This document shows positions 47,351 to 57,249 of a stretch of 64,000 nt of DNA, piece after piece (the stretch's first letter is position 1; every line of letters starts with the position of its first letter). This DNA is from Candidatus Thalassarchaeum betae (GTDB lineage: Archaea; Thermoplasmatota; Poseidoniia; Poseidoniales; Thalassarchaeaceae): assembly GCA_022447095.1 (NCBI GenBank), contig JAKUUP010000004.1, forward strand, positions 5,499 to 69,498. The letters are read 5' to 3'. The notes under the pieces are model-generated. The model was given only the letters and a program-made list of their open reading frames with translations. It made no database searches and had not been told where the DNA came from. The position numbers and the translations under genes are program-made.

Positions 47351-49138
47351 GTGAGTAATGTGGGTTCTTTCGATTACGTAATCAGCATCGGCGGCGCGGC
47401 TGGACAGGGAATCGCGACTCCTGGGAACATCCTCGCCCGCCTGTTTGCTCGCCGGGGCATCCACATGTACGCCTACAACGCCTACCAATCCATCATCCGC
47501 GGCGGCCACTCCTTCCTCACCGTCCGTTGCAGCGACCGCGAGAGCCGCACCCACGGCGATGTCCTCGCCCTGATAATCTGCCTCAATCAGGACACGATGG
47601 ACCGACACCTCGAGCACCTCGGCCCTGGCACCTCGATCATCTTCAACAGCGACACGATCGAACCTGGGAAGGCAGCAGAAGGAGTTCAGCTCTGCCCGAT
47701 GGCTGTTGGCGAGCTTGCTGGAAAGGGCGCTAACAAACTGATGCAGAACACGGTGTCTATTGCTGTAGCATGCCAGCTCCTCGGAATCGGGTTCTCAGCC
47801 CTTGAGGACGTACTCGACTTCCAGTTCTCGGCCAAGGGCGAGGAACTGGTGGCGGAGAACGTGCGCGTGGCAAAGGCAGCGTACGAACACTCGGCGGCCA
47901 ACTTCCAGCCTGCAGCGCAGCAGGCGCCACAGCCAAGCGCGCCTCTCGCCGTGTGGGCGGGCAATCAGGCCTTCGCCATGGCGTCGGCCAATGCCGGTGT
48001 CAAGTTCTACTGCGCCTATCCGATGAGCCCTTCGACCGGAATCCTGCACTGGATGGCGGCCAACGCCCGAGAACTCGGCATCATGGTGCGTCAGGTCGAA
48101 GACGAGATCAGCGTCATCTGCATGACTGTGGGAGCGGCCCACGCCGGCTGCCGTTCGATGTGCGCCACCTCAGGTGGTGGATTCGCGTTGATGACCGAAG
48201 GGGTAGGTGCAGCCGCCATGATGGAGGTGCCCATCGTCGTTGTCAACGTGCAGCGTGCTGGCCCTTCCACCGGGGTGCCCACGAAGACCGAGCAGGGTGA
48301 CCTGTGGCAGGTGCTCGGCGCCAGTCAGGGCGACTTCCCGAAACTCATCCTCGCACCAAGCAATCCTCTCGACGCCTTCCAGACGATTCCCGAGGTGTTC
48401 AACCTCGCCGACAAGTACCAGTTGCCGGCAATCATCATCTCCGACCTACTGATATCCGACGAGACTTCGACCATCGACCCGAAACTGCTCGACATGCATC
48501 CGGTCATCGACCGAGGGGAGCTCATCACCGAAGCAGGAGAGGAGGCTGGAAACTACGAGCGTTACAAGTTCACCGACAGCGGCATCTCGCCCCGTGCCCT
48601 CCCAGGAATCCCCGGCTACGAGCATGTCGTAGCCACCGACGAGCACATGCCCGACGGCGTGCTCATCAGCGATGAGTTCACCCACCCGCACAAGCGCCGG
48701 GCGATGATGGAGAAGAGACAGAGCAAGATGGATGGTCTGCTTGCTGAACTGGCCCCTCCGGCAATCGTCGGCCCCGCTGATGCTGAGGTGACCCTCGTCG
48801 GCTGGGGCTCTACCGCCGGCGTCATCCAGGAGGCCATCGGACAACTGGCGGCGGCCGGCGTGGTCGCCAACCATCTGCACTTCAAGTGGCTGGTCCCGTT
48901 CCACGCTGACGAGGCGAACGAGCTGCTGTCTTCCTGCAAGCGCACCATCATGGTCGAGAACAACTACACCGGGCTCTTCCATCGCTACCTCCGCAGCGAG
49001 ACCGGTTTCACAGTGGATGGGCACATCCGCAAATACGACGGTGAACCGTTCAAGCCTCACCACATCACGGCCGCCGTTCAAGACCAACTGGCGGGTGGAG
49101 AGGCGTTGTCGGTACCGTATGAGGAAATCATAGTCTGA
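47351..49138 (+). CDS. korA: 2-oxoacid:ferredoxin oxidoreductase, alpha subunit (fused alpha/gamma type)
   Basis: N-terminal IGGAAGQGIATPGNILARLF (gamma-like domain), then the pyruvate-flavodoxin-OR core (YCAYPMSPSTGILHWMA, GGGFALMTEG). GTG start after a TATA-like GATATTATAG at 47277-47286. Confidence 0.8.
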   Translation: MSNVGSFDYVISIGGAAGQGIATPGNILARLFARRGIHMYAYNAYQSIIRGGHSFLTVRCSDRESRTHGDVLALIICLNQDTMDRHLEHLGPGTSIIFNSDTIEPGKAAEGVQLCPMAVGELAGKGANKLMQNTVSIAVACQLLGIGFSALEDVLDFQFSAKGEELVAENVRVAKAAYEHSAANFQPAAQQAPQPSAPLAVWAGNQAFAMASANAGVKFYCAYPMSPSTGILHWMAANARELGIMVRQVEDEISVICMTVGAAHAGCRSMCATSGGGFALMTEGVGAAAMMEVPIVVVNVQRAGPSTGVPTKTEQGDLWQVLGASQGDFPKLILAPSNPLDAFQTIPEVFNLADKYQLPAIIISDLLISDETSTIDPKLLDMHPVIDRGELITEAGEEAGNYERYKFTDSGISPRALPGIPGYEHVVATDEHMPDGVLISDEFTHPHKRRAMMEKRQSKMDGLLAELAPPAIVGPADAEVTLVGWGSTAGVIQEAIGQLAAAGVVANHLHFKWLVPFHADEANELLSSCKRTIMVENNYTGLFHRYLRSETGFTVDGHIRKYDGEPFKPHHITAAVQDQLAGGEALSVPYEEIIV

Positions 49139-49149
49139 GAGGTGAGTGA

Positions 49150-50040
49150 ATGAGCGATAATGTGCAAATCAGCCTGAAACCCAAGGACTTCAAGGGCAAA
49201 GTGGACCCTGATTGGTGTCCCGGTTGTGGCGACTTCGGCGTGCTGAGCGGCCTACAGCGAGCGGTTTCGGAACTCGGTCTACAGCCACATCAGATTCTCA
49301 CAATCAGCGGCATTGGATGCTCGTCGAACTTCCCCGGCTTCTTCAACTCGTACGGGATGCACACCCTGCACGGGCGGTCGCTCCCGCACGCGAGCGGGGC
49401 AAAGCTAGCGAACCACGAGATGAATGTCATAGTGACCGGAGGAGATGGAGACGGCTACGGCATCGGAGGGAATCACTTCACCCATACCAGCCGGCGCAAC
49501 CTCGACATCCTGTACATCGTGATGAACAATCAGATCTACGGACTAACGACCGGTCAGATCTCACCTACCAGCGAGGTCGGCATGAAGACCAAGAGCACCC
49601 CGTTCGGCAGCGTCGAGTTGCCAATCAACCCCCTCGCGAGTGCGATTACGGCGGGAGCGACGTGGGTCGCGAGAGGCTACACTGGCAACATCAAGCAACT
49701 GACTCGATTGATTGTCGAGGGTATCCAGCACGAGGGATTCGCCCTACTCGACGTGTTCAGTCCATGTGTGACGTTCAACAAGGTCAACACCTACCAGTTC
49801 TTTCGGCCACGGGTGCAGCCGTTGGAGGATATCGAGCATGATACGAGCGATTGGAAGGCTGGCATCGAGAAGGCGATGCTTTGGGGGGATGTAATCCACA
49901 CCGGCCTCTTCTTTGAGACCAATGCTCGGCTCACCCTAGGAGAACAGGAACCGGTACTCGACGAGGGAGGTCCTCTGGCCTTCCGCGAGCTCGGCCTCAG
50001 CAGTGAACAGACCGAGCGCATCATCTCCCGAATGATGTGA
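49150..50040 (+). CDS. korB: 2-oxoacid:ferredoxin oxidoreductase, beta subunit (TPP-binding)
   Basis: Cys ligands CPGCGDFG. TPP motif GGDGDGYGIGGNHF...NNQIYGLTTGQ. Confidence 0.85.
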   Translation: MSDNVQISLKPKDFKGKVDPDWCPGCGDFGVLSGLQRAVSELGLQPHQILTISGIGCSSNFPGFFNSYGMHTLHGRSLPHASGAKLANHEMNVIVTGGDGDGYGIGGNHFTHTSRRNLDILYIVMNNQIYGLTTGQISPTSEVGMKTKSTPFGSVELPINPLASAITAGATWVARGYTGNIKQLTRLIVEGIQHEGFALLDVFSPCVTFNKVNTYQFFRPRVQPLEDIEHDTSDWKAGIEKAMLWGDVIHTGLFFETNARLTLGEQEPVLDEGGPLAFRELGLSSEQTERIISRMM

Positions 50041-50049
50041 TTTGACAGG

Positions 50050-50643
50050 CTAGTTGTTCTTCGACGGCCCTCTGTCCGGGCCTATGACAATGGTGTGGCA
50101 TTCGTGGTGAGTTCGAACTCCTGCAACGGTGATTGCCGAATCCCCGTCAATACAGCGCTCACCCTCCCAATCTCGGACCGTGCGCATCACCGTGCTTCGA
50201 CCGGCATGGTTGCGGGGGTCGACCTTGAGTTCTACACAGTACTCCTCTACCTCACCAAGCCAAGCCAGTGTAGCGTCGATGGCCTTGCGCGCAACGCCAT
50301 GCTGCTGCTCTGAACTGCGTACCCAGTAACCCAGATTCCAGAATGCCTTGCCGGAGCGTGTCACGCGGTCGAATCCAACCAGTCCAAGTAGCGCTCTGTC
50401 CCAAGGCCGGACCATCACCCAGTGATGCAGCATCCCGGTCCGGCCCATTCGCTCTGTCTCTTCGAGGAAGTCTTCTATCTGTATGTCGAACGGCTGATCT
50501 GGGTTAATCCATGGCATCGCCCTGCTGACCTCGGGCCAAGTCTCCTCGAAGGCTTCCATCAACTCAGAGCCATACTCGCTCGTCGCAGGTCTCAGAACAA
50601 GTCTGTCATCGACCCTGATAGTGGTAGTCGCGCGCCTCAGCAC
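50050..50643 (-). CDS. GNAT-family N-acetyltransferase (RimL/RimJ-like)
   Basis: GYWVRSSEQQHGVARKAIDATLAWL is the acetyl-CoA-binding motif A region. Confidence 0.55.
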   Translation of the reverse strand: MLRRATTTIRVDDRLVLRPATSEYGSELMEAFEETWPEVSRAMPWINPDQPFDIQIEDFLEETERMGRTGMLHHWVMVRPWDRALLGLVGFDRVTRSGKAFWNLGYWVRSSEQQHGVARKAIDATLAWLGEVEEYCVELKVDPRNHAGRSTVMRTVRDWEGERCIDGDSAITVAGVRTHHECHTIVIGPDRGPSKNN

Positions 50644-50687
50644 AGAGTTCCGGCGGCGGTCCTATCGCATCAGGGCTACGGAAGCTA

Positions 50688-51917
50688 TCAGGGTCGCAAC
50701 TTCGCCTTCGCCGTTGCTACATTCTGATCATCAGGCAATTCTTTCTGTGCCGATTTTAGCAGATCATCCACCGCCTTCGAGCGGCCTATCCTCTGTAGAA
50801 GGGCGCCGACGGGGTAAACCAATTTGGGTCGGGCACCGAGATGGGGGCCGACTTCGTCGATGATGACGGTGGCCTGAGCGATGTCTTTGGCGCGGGCCGC
50901 CTCCATCGCCGCCTTCACTTGAAGTGCCACCTTGCGGTCGGCCCATTTGTCCTGCTGAGCCCACGGCCAGTAGCTGTTGGGCTCAGAGACCTTGGCACTA
51001 ACAGGTGGGATTACCGGGGGCGGAGGGATAGGCATGGGCTCCTGATCCTCGTCGACTGCTGGAGGTGTTGGAGGGACCGGGGGCATCAACGGTGGTGGCA
51101 GATCGGTCGGCGGTGGCGGTAGATCTATCTCGGCCTTCGATTCGCCTTCTTCAGTCCGCATCTCATCCTCTGATTGCGGTTCCGGTTCGGTCTCGAGCAG
51201 AGTAATCAACTCGGCCTTCTTGAGTTTGGAGTAACCAGAGAGTCCACGCTCGCTGGCCATTTGCTTCAGATTTTCTACTGTCTGGTTGGAGAGTGGGGGG
51301 TCGGGTTCCTCCTCGGACTCGGTTTCCGGTTCCGGAGTTGATTCGGGCTCATGGGCCTTCTCGAACTCGCCGTTCGTGTCCGGTATCTCACTAGCCGAGA
51401 TGACTTCAACATTTTCGGGTGCTTCGGCGGTGGGTTGCACGAGTTCGATCTGCTGTGTCGGAATCGCCTCCAACTGCTCTGGTTCGCTCTCTGGGACCTC
51501 AAACTTGGTGACGAAATCAGGAGCGTCTTTAGGTTGGAGTTCGTACTCCTCTTCTTCCTCAACCGGCGGCTCTGGGAGGTCGACGGTCATCGCGAAGGAG
51601 GGTTTCTGCTTGGTCTTCACAGAGTCGTCCTTGCCGTACTGCTTGACATCGATCGTCATATCGTCCATTGTGAAAGAGGCTTTCGACCAATCAATGACCT
51701 CGTCACTGTCATCATCCTCCATTTCTTCGAGAAGTTCGTCGAAGAGGTCGGTTGCGGACTTCTCGTCAACCGTCGCTTTCTGCTGGTGTGAGCCGATCTT
51801 CAATTGGTAGGAGCACCGAGAACAGGACTCGGCGTCCTCGGGGTTCCTCTGCTGGCATAACGGACATTCGATACCGGTCTCCTCTTGCTTCCGCCAAGAC
51901 TTGAATCGGTCGAACAC
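50688..51917 (-). CDS. Modular protein: N-terminal zinc ribbon, long acidic disordered segment, Rho_N/SAP-like helix-hairpin motif, Pro-rich linker, C-terminal helical domain
   Basis: CPLCQQ...CSRCS zinc ribbon. LKQMASERGLSGYSKLKKAELITLLETE fits the Rho-termination-factor N-terminal (SAP-like) motif. Also PPPPTDLPPPLMPPVPPTPP. Confidence 0.4.
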   Translation of the reverse strand: MFDRFKSWRKQEETGIECPLCQQRNPEDAESCSRCSYQLKIGSHQQKATVDEKSATDLFDELLEEMEDDDSDEVIDWSKASFTMDDMTIDVKQYGKDDSVKTKQKPSFAMTVDLPEPPVEEEEEYELQPKDAPDFVTKFEVPESEPEQLEAIPTQQIELVQPTAEAPENVEVISASEIPDTNGEFEKAHEPESTPEPETESEEEPDPPLSNQTVENLKQMASERGLSGYSKLKKAELITLLETEPEPQSEDEMRTEEGESKAEIDLPPPPTDLPPPLMPPVPPTPPAVDEDQEPMPIPPPPVIPPVSAKVSEPNSYWPWAQQDKWADRKVALQVKAAMEAARAKDIAQATVIIDEVGPHLGARPKLVYPVGALLQRIGRSKAVDDLLKSAQKELPDDQNVATAKAKLRP

Positions 51918-51985
51918 CCCATGCTCCCTCCTAGATATTCAACCTCGTCGAAAGTCTCCGTATAATCTTCACCCGCCTATGGTCG

Positions 51986-53962
51986 TTGCCGTCACCAGAC
52001 GGTAATCGTGATGTGTCGGCGCGCTCGTCGCTGTGCGTGGCAGACGACCCTGAAGAGTTGCCGGCACGCTTCAATCGCAGTCAGGACCATCACGAGGCCT
52101 ACCTAAATCTGATTAGATGGGAGTTGGAAGATGAGTTGGCAACGACGGAGAAGCGGCTTCGCGAATGGCCTGATGGTAGGCTCGCAGCAAATGGGATCGC
52201 GCTGTTCAACTTAGTCGCGAAGACTGACGGCTGGCTGTTCGGGCAACGTATAGTCAAGCTGCTGAGACGCGATCGCCAGGCCTTCGGTATGCATCGTTTC
52301 AGACAGGGTGATATCGTGATGCTCAGTCGCCATAATCCACTGTCTGAGAAACCGATAGAGGCGATAGTAAGCAACCGGACGCGCTTCTTCATCCGCATCG
52401 TCCTGCCTGAGGTGCCTACCGACCTGCGCAAGGATACCTGGAGGATGGACAGGGGCGCCAACAAAGTGGCGCACGATAGGATGCGGGATGCTCTGAACTC
52501 GATCTTCGAGGAAGAAGGGGGAGTTCCTTTGCGTGACCTACTGCTCGGCTTGGTCCATGACCCCGTGGGCACCGCCTCACTGATCCCCGAACTGAAGGTA
52601 GCGCGCTCCAGACCCACTTCTCTGGCACCAGATCTCAACAAGGCCCAGAGAGAGGCTGCTCTAGCCGCTCTGGAGCGGCGTCTCACTCTGATCCAAGGCC
52701 CACCGGGAACTGGGAAGACCCATACCGGCGTGCGCATTCTCGAGGCTTGGGCAAAGCAGGACCTTGGAACCATCCTCGCAGTGGCTGACTCCAACGTTGC
52801 CGTTGACAACCTGCTCGAAGGGCTGCTCTCTCTTGGCATCCGAGCAGTACGGCTCGGACAGCCCGTAAAAGTCCGGGAAAGTCTCAGAGATGCGACGATG
52901 GATGCCCAGATGGAAGAGCATCCTCTGCGCCGCGATCTCGACCACTGGTTGGAGTCGAACGAGAAACTCGGTCGCCGTGTGAAGGGTATGAAGGGCAAGG
53001 AAAAGGGGTTAACATACCGCGAACTGAGTCGTGGTTGGAAGGAAGTTCGCCGGATTGAGTCGCAGATGCGGGACGACATCCTAGACCGCGCCCAAGTGCT
53101 GTGCTGCACCTGTATCGGCTCTGGACACGAATTACTGGATGGGCGCAGATTCTCCCGCGTTCTCATCGACGAAGCCACGCAAGCTACCGAACCTGCGGCT
53201 CTGGTCCCTCTGGTGCGCGGGGCGCGTCAGATTGTATTGGTCGGGGATCATCGCCAACTGCCACCTACCGTGATATCGCAGCGCGCAGAGAACGGGGGGC
53301 TGAATCGCTCACTGTTCGAACGGCTGGTCGAGATGGGTATCGAGCCGTTGCTCCTGCGGACACAGTACCGAATGCACCCTGCGATTTCGGCATTCCCGAA
53401 CGGGCGTTTCTATGATGATCTGCTCGAGGACGGGGTGTCTTCCGAGGATCGGCCGACGCCAGCAGGACTTCTCTGGCCCGATTGGGATATGCCCATCGCC
53501 TTCCTTCCGGTTGAGGGAGGGGAAGTCAAGGCACCGGACGGAGCGTCGAAGGAGAACCCAGCTGAAGCTACATGGATCGCGCGTCTGCTTGAGGGTCTAC
53601 TGGACGCAGGTGAGCTCGAGCAGCAGGATATTGGTATAATCACACCGTACGCGGGACAGGTCAGGGCGATTCGCGATAGTATCCCAGAGCGGTACGACGG
53701 AGTGGAGGTTCGCACCGTCGACGGATACCAGGGACGCGAGAAGGAGGTCATCCTGTTCTCCTGCGTGCGCTCCAACACCGAAGGTAATGTTGGCTTCCTC
53801 GCGGACTCCAGGCGGCTCAACGTAGCGCTGACCCGCGCCAAGCGTGGACTGATTGTGATTGGAGATCCGGAAACGCTACGCTGCGACGAAGACTGGTCGG
53901 CGTGGCTTGAGCATGTACGGAGTCGTAAACTTGAGGCTTGGCACTTGCTCGGAATGGCCTGA
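51986..53962 (+). CDS. Superfamily-1 helicase of the Upf1/Dna2-like (AAA_11/AAA_12) family
   Basis: Walker A LIQGPPGTGKTHT. Walker B VLIDEATQATEPA. Also VLVGDHRQLPPTV, YRMHPAISAFPNGRFYDD and C-terminal VALTRAKRGLIVIGD. Confidence 0.8.
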   Translation: MPSPDGNRDVSARSSLCVADDPEELPARFNRSQDHHEAYLNLIRWELEDELATTEKRLREWPDGRLAANGIALFNLVAKTDGWLFGQRIVKLLRRDRQAFGMHRFRQGDIVMLSRHNPLSEKPIEAIVSNRTRFFIRIVLPEVPTDLRKDTWRMDRGANKVAHDRMRDALNSIFEEEGGVPLRDLLLGLVHDPVGTASLIPELKVARSRPTSLAPDLNKAQREAALAALERRLTLIQGPPGTGKTHTGVRILEAWAKQDLGTILAVADSNVAVDNLLEGLLSLGIRAVRLGQPVKVRESLRDATMDAQMEEHPLRRDLDHWLESNEKLGRRVKGMKGKEKGLTYRELSRGWKEVRRIESQMRDDILDRAQVLCCTCIGSGHELLDGRRFSRVLIDEATQATEPAALVPLVRGARQIVLVGDHRQLPPTVISQRAENGGLNRSLFERLVEMGIEPLLLRTQYRMHPAISAFPNGRFYDDLLEDGVSSEDRPTPAGLLWPDWDMPIAFLPVEGGEVKAPDGASKENPAEATWIARLLEGLLDAGELEQQDIGIITPYAGQVRAIRDSIPERYDGVEVRTVDGYQGREKEVILFSCVRSNTEGNVGFLADSRRLNVALTRAKRGLIVIGDPETLRCDEDWSAWLEHVRSRKLEAWHLLGMA

Positions 53963-53966
53963 GAGG

Positions 53967-54551
53967 ATGCGTATGGCCGACCACGACTCGCCAATCCAGT
54001 TGAATCTCAGTGGCGGCACCCTAGCCAAGCAAATCGTATCTGCAGAGGATGGTGGACACTGGCCGCTACCGGAAGGTGCGGTACTGGCTTCCGGAGTTAG
54101 GAGGACCGCCGCCTTCACGGTGGATGTCGTGATAGTGACGACCATTCTTATGGTTCTGACCAAATCGCAAATCATCAACGCTTGGAATGTCACCCTGTGG
54201 ACTTCTGCTGATTTCCACTACGCCCTCGCCCATGCCTCAGTCGTGCTAATCGCACACTGGCTGTATTGGAGGTTTACCGGACTGAGCTTCTCACGCTCAC
54301 TCGGGCAGCGTATGTTCGGCATCGCCGTGATTGCCGAGGACGGTTCTGGGATGACCAGTCGGATGTGGGATCAGAGGGCGTTGCGCAAGTTGCTCTACCT
54401 CCTGCCGGTCCTGAACTTGATCCTTGGCGCCTACGACCTAGCAAGAATATCACAGCGACATACGCACCAATCCAACATCGATCTGCATGTGGGGTCCATC
54501 GTGGCGCATACAGACTCGCTACCACCAGCGAGTAGGCGTCACATCAGGTAG
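53967..54551 (+). CDS. RDD-family membrane protein
   Basis: RRTAAFTVDVVIV...GQRMFGIAVIAEDG carries the R-D-D signature within 3 TM segments. Starts 5 nt after the helicase stop (the ORF frame opens at 53859). Confidence 0.6.
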   Translation: MRMADHDSPIQLNLSGGTLAKQIVSAEDGGHWPLPEGAVLASGVRRTAAFTVDVVIVTTILMVLTKSQIINAWNVTLWTSADFHYALAHASVVLIAHWLYWRFTGLSFSRSLGQRMFGIAVIAEDGSGMTSRMWDQRALRKLLYLLPVLNLILGAYDLARISQRHTHQSNIDLHVGSIVAHTDSLPPASRRHIR

Positions 54552-54559
54552 GTGTTGAA

Positions 54560-55162
54560 ATGCGGGATGCAGTGGAGTACGCGCTTTCAGGCAAATGCAT
54601 CGTCTATCCGACGACGACCCAGCCGGCGCTCGGGTGCTTGCCTGAGCCGGCTGCCCTCGACATGCTGTACGAGTTGAAGCAGCGGCCTGCGGACATGCCC
54701 GTCAGCATTGGCGTCACTAGTCTGGAGCAGGCCGCCGCGTTGGTAGAGGTGCCCCCCGACGTGCATAGCATTCTCGCAGACTTCCCGGAAGGTTCGCTGA
54801 CCGTGGTTCTTCCAGCCCACAAGACTCTGGACACTCGACTAGGGGGTGACAACGTGGCGATTCGAGTCGTCGCTCACCCAGTGGCCAAGGAGTTGCTTGC
54901 CATCACGGGCCCGCTCACGGCGACCAGCGCCAACAAGAGCGGTGAGGCCCCGGTTTCAGACTGTGACAAAGCCGCACATCTGCTGTCCTCCAGCGGTGAA
55001 GGTATAGGCAGTATATCTGGAACCTGTCCCGGAGGGATGCCCAGTACATTGATAGCGTGGTATTCAGTCTATGGTTCAACCGAGTTGAACGATACCGAGG
55101 TATTGAGAGAGGGAGTAGTTAGCAAAGAGGAGATTCTCATATGGTTGAGGAAGCGGATTTGA
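54560..55162 (+). CDS. tsaC: L-threonylcarbamoyladenylate synthase, YrdC/TsaC type (t6A biosynthesis)
   Basis: CIVYPTTTQPALGC...SIGVTS...LTATSANKSGEAP are YrdC-domain blocks. Confidence 0.7.
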   Translation: MRDAVEYALSGKCIVYPTTTQPALGCLPEPAALDMLYELKQRPADMPVSIGVTSLEQAAALVEVPPDVHSILADFPEGSLTVVLPAHKTLDTRLGGDNVAIRVVAHPVAKELLAITGPLTATSANKSGEAPVSDCDKAAHLLSSSGEGIGSISGTCPGGMPSTLIAWYSVYGSTELNDTEVLREGVVSKEEILIWLRKRI

Positions 55163-56154
55163 AGCAGTGGCGGGACGCCGGCCACGTCGCTCGAAGAACC
55201 ATAGAGGGAATCAAGGGCGAGATTACAGCAGGCAAATCCTGGAGTGAGGTCATTGACTCCGCGGAGCGTTTCATCAGGCGACATGGTGGGCACGCTGCAT
55301 TCCCCGTTACTATCTCGGTGAATGAGATGGCTGCGCACTACACCACCAACACCGAACTCAAGCCACCAGAGGGATTTGAGGGTGAGATGATCTTCCAGAA
55401 GGGGGATCTCGTGAAACTCGATGTCGGGGTCCATATCAAGGGCGCAATATCCGACAATGCGCTGACAGTGGAAGTGGGTGGTGGTAACAATTACACCGAA
55501 CAGATCCGCGCCGCTGAGGAGGCTCGTGATGCTGCCATCGAGAAGATGCATCCCGGGACTCCGTGGCATGAAATTGGGGCAGCGGCAGAGCAGGTTGCGA
55601 AGGATGCGGGCTTTGAGCCGATACGCAACCTCTGCGGGCACCAGCTCGAGCGGTGGGACCTGCACGCTGGAACTTCGATTCCATCGTATGCATGTGGTGC
55701 GAAAAACCCCAGTTTCAAGGGAGCTGTTGAGGTGGGCTGCATCTACGCAATCGAACCTTTCAACACCACTGGGAAGTCAGGCATGGTGGAGAATGTCCCT
55801 CCTGCCGGCTCCTCGAACATTCTGAGGGTCACGGGGGATGTCAAGATCCGGAAGGCGCTGGCTAAGGGAAAACTCAAGCCGCTCGGCGCGACTATGGCCC
55901 GTTACATCGAAGAGAGGTACAACACGCTCCCGTTCGCCGAGCGTTGGGCTTATTCACTGCTGGAGAAACCATTCCCCGACGAAGACGAAGAGTCGTTGCG
56001 CGCGAAATGGGATGCACTGGTCAAGAAACTGACTTCGATCAGATTCATCGAGGTATACGCGGCGCTGCGTGATGCCGATGGCGGAGACGTTGGTCAATTT
56101 GAGCACACTGTACACGTTACCGAAGGTGGTCCAGAGGTTCTAACAGTTCTATGA
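55141..56154 (+). CDS. map: Methionine aminopeptidase, type 2 (archaeal)
   Basis: HAAFPVTISVNEMAAHYT, D..KLDVGVHIKG, ...CGHQLE.. and HTVHVTEGGPEVLT are the pita-bread metal ligands of archaeal MetAP-2. Confidence 0.8.
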   Translation: MVEEADLKQWRDAGHVARRTIEGIKGEITAGKSWSEVIDSAERFIRRHGGHAAFPVTISVNEMAAHYTTNTELKPPEGFEGEMIFQKGDLVKLDVGVHIKGAISDNALTVEVGGGNNYTEQIRAAEEARDAAIEKMHPGTPWHEIGAAAEQVAKDAGFEPIRNLCGHQLERWDLHAGTSIPSYACGAKNPSFKGAVEVGCIYAIEPFNTTGKSGMVENVPPAGSSNILRVTGDVKIRKALAKGKLKPLGATMARYIEERYNTLPFAERWAYSLLEKPFPDEDEESLRAKWDALVKKLTSIRFIEVYAALRDADGGDVGQFEHTVHVTEGGPEVLTVL

Positions 56155-56170
56155 TAGGCTCTTAGTACAG

Positions 56171-56197
56171 CGTTTTTGCCACTGTTACGATAAAATC
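56171..56197. terminator. Oligo-T terminator-like tract (GCGTTTTTGCC) after map, followed by a TATA-like CGATAAAATC
   Basis: T5 run 17 nt after the map stop. The adjacent AT-rich box is a candidate promoter for the downstream SAP-domain gene. Confidence 0.35.
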
Positions 56198-56370
56198 TCA
56201 CAACGATTATCTAGCGTCGGCTCCATGGAACGTCCGTACGGGGCCGAAAGGTTCTCGCTGAGTGCATCCCATCCCCTCGCTTTTATCTCTCGCCCTGTAC
56301 ACCTGAATCGAGTGGCTGCGAGGCTATGCAAGTCCAATCTACGCATACCTGAACGGCAAAAGTTCCATTC

Positions 56371-57249
56371 GTGCTACCACCATCTCGGAGCGTGGAACCC
56401 ATAGATGAGTGGACAGTGGCCGAACTCAAGGCCGAACTCAAGGAACTCGGCATCTCGAACGGTGGGGACAAGCAGGAACTGTACGAACGTCTACTGGAGT
56501 TTGAGGAAGAGGAGGAGGATGAAGCGGGCTTCGACGCCTCCGAACTAGGCCGCTCGATAATAGGGGCTGTTGTGAGGAACCGCTTAGCCTTCGGCGCTGT
56601 TTTCGCTGTCGCTATCCTAGTGGCTGCGGTGGCGTTCGCCGTCCCAATGCTACTGGACATGATCCAACCGGACAAAGCGGTTGAACCAGAGGTGCACATT
56701 TGGGAGTTCACGCTCGAGGAGAAGAACTGGACTGACGTCAAGAATTACTTCATCGATGATGATGCCACTGAGAGAGTCCCTGTGGTCGTTTCACTGCCGA
56801 ACAACCTCTCGAGCGTCTACATAGGCGCTTACTGGGGCGAGGCTGACGAGCAACCCGGGGGGATCATAGGCTGTGACGAGGTGACTGTGGAGGTGTTTAC
56901 CACCGATGTAAACAAGACGAATCTCTACTCTCTATCCAGTACCGATGCCGCTAGTTCTGACTGTGATGCAGATGGAACCGAGCCATGGGACCACATATGG
57001 TACCAGTATGACCTCGAGCTTCCCAATATTACCGGTTTCGAGGGCACACAGGAGGAGGCGCTTGCTATCTGGGACACCTACACAGGAATAGGGACCGGTG
57101 AGTGGATAATCGACCTTACAGTGGACACTTACACCCTCTGGGGTCCAGTCTGTGACTGTGAGGACGGCGAGGACGTCAGGCTGACCGTTTCCTACATCGA
57201 GTACGATGTCAATATGGCGAAGGTCGCACCTCCGGACTCCACCGAATAA
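56371..57249 (+). CDS. SAP-domain protein: N-terminal SAP motif, acidic linker, one TM helix and a ~200-aa extracytoplasmic domain
   Basis: TVAELKAELKELGISNGGDKQELYERLLEF is a canonical SAP helix-extended-helix. TM AFGAVFAVAILVAAVAFAVPMLL. Confidence 0.5.
   Translation: MLPPSRSVEPIDEWTVAELKAELKELGISNGGDKQELYERLLEFEEEEEDEAGFDASELGRSIIGAVVRNRLAFGAVFAVAILVAAVAFAVPMLLDMIQPDKAVEPEVHIWEFTLEEKNWTDVKNYFIDDDATERVPVVVSLPNNLSSVYIGAYWGEADEQPGGIIGCDEVTVEVFTTDVNKTNLYSLSSTDAASSDCDADGTEPWDHIWYQYDLELPNITGFEGTQEEALAIWDTYTGIGTGEWIIDLTVDTYTLWGPVCDCEDGEDVRLTVSYIEYDVNMAKVAPPDSTE

Noticed and set aside
48446-49087. 213-aa minus-strand ORF
   Set aside because: Antisense to korA.
52099-53178. 359-aa Ser/Arg-rich minus-strand ORF
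   Set aside because: Antisense to the Upf1-like helicase, which has all the helicase motifs.
55069-55665. 198-aa minus-strand ORF
   Set aside because: Antisense to tsaC and map.
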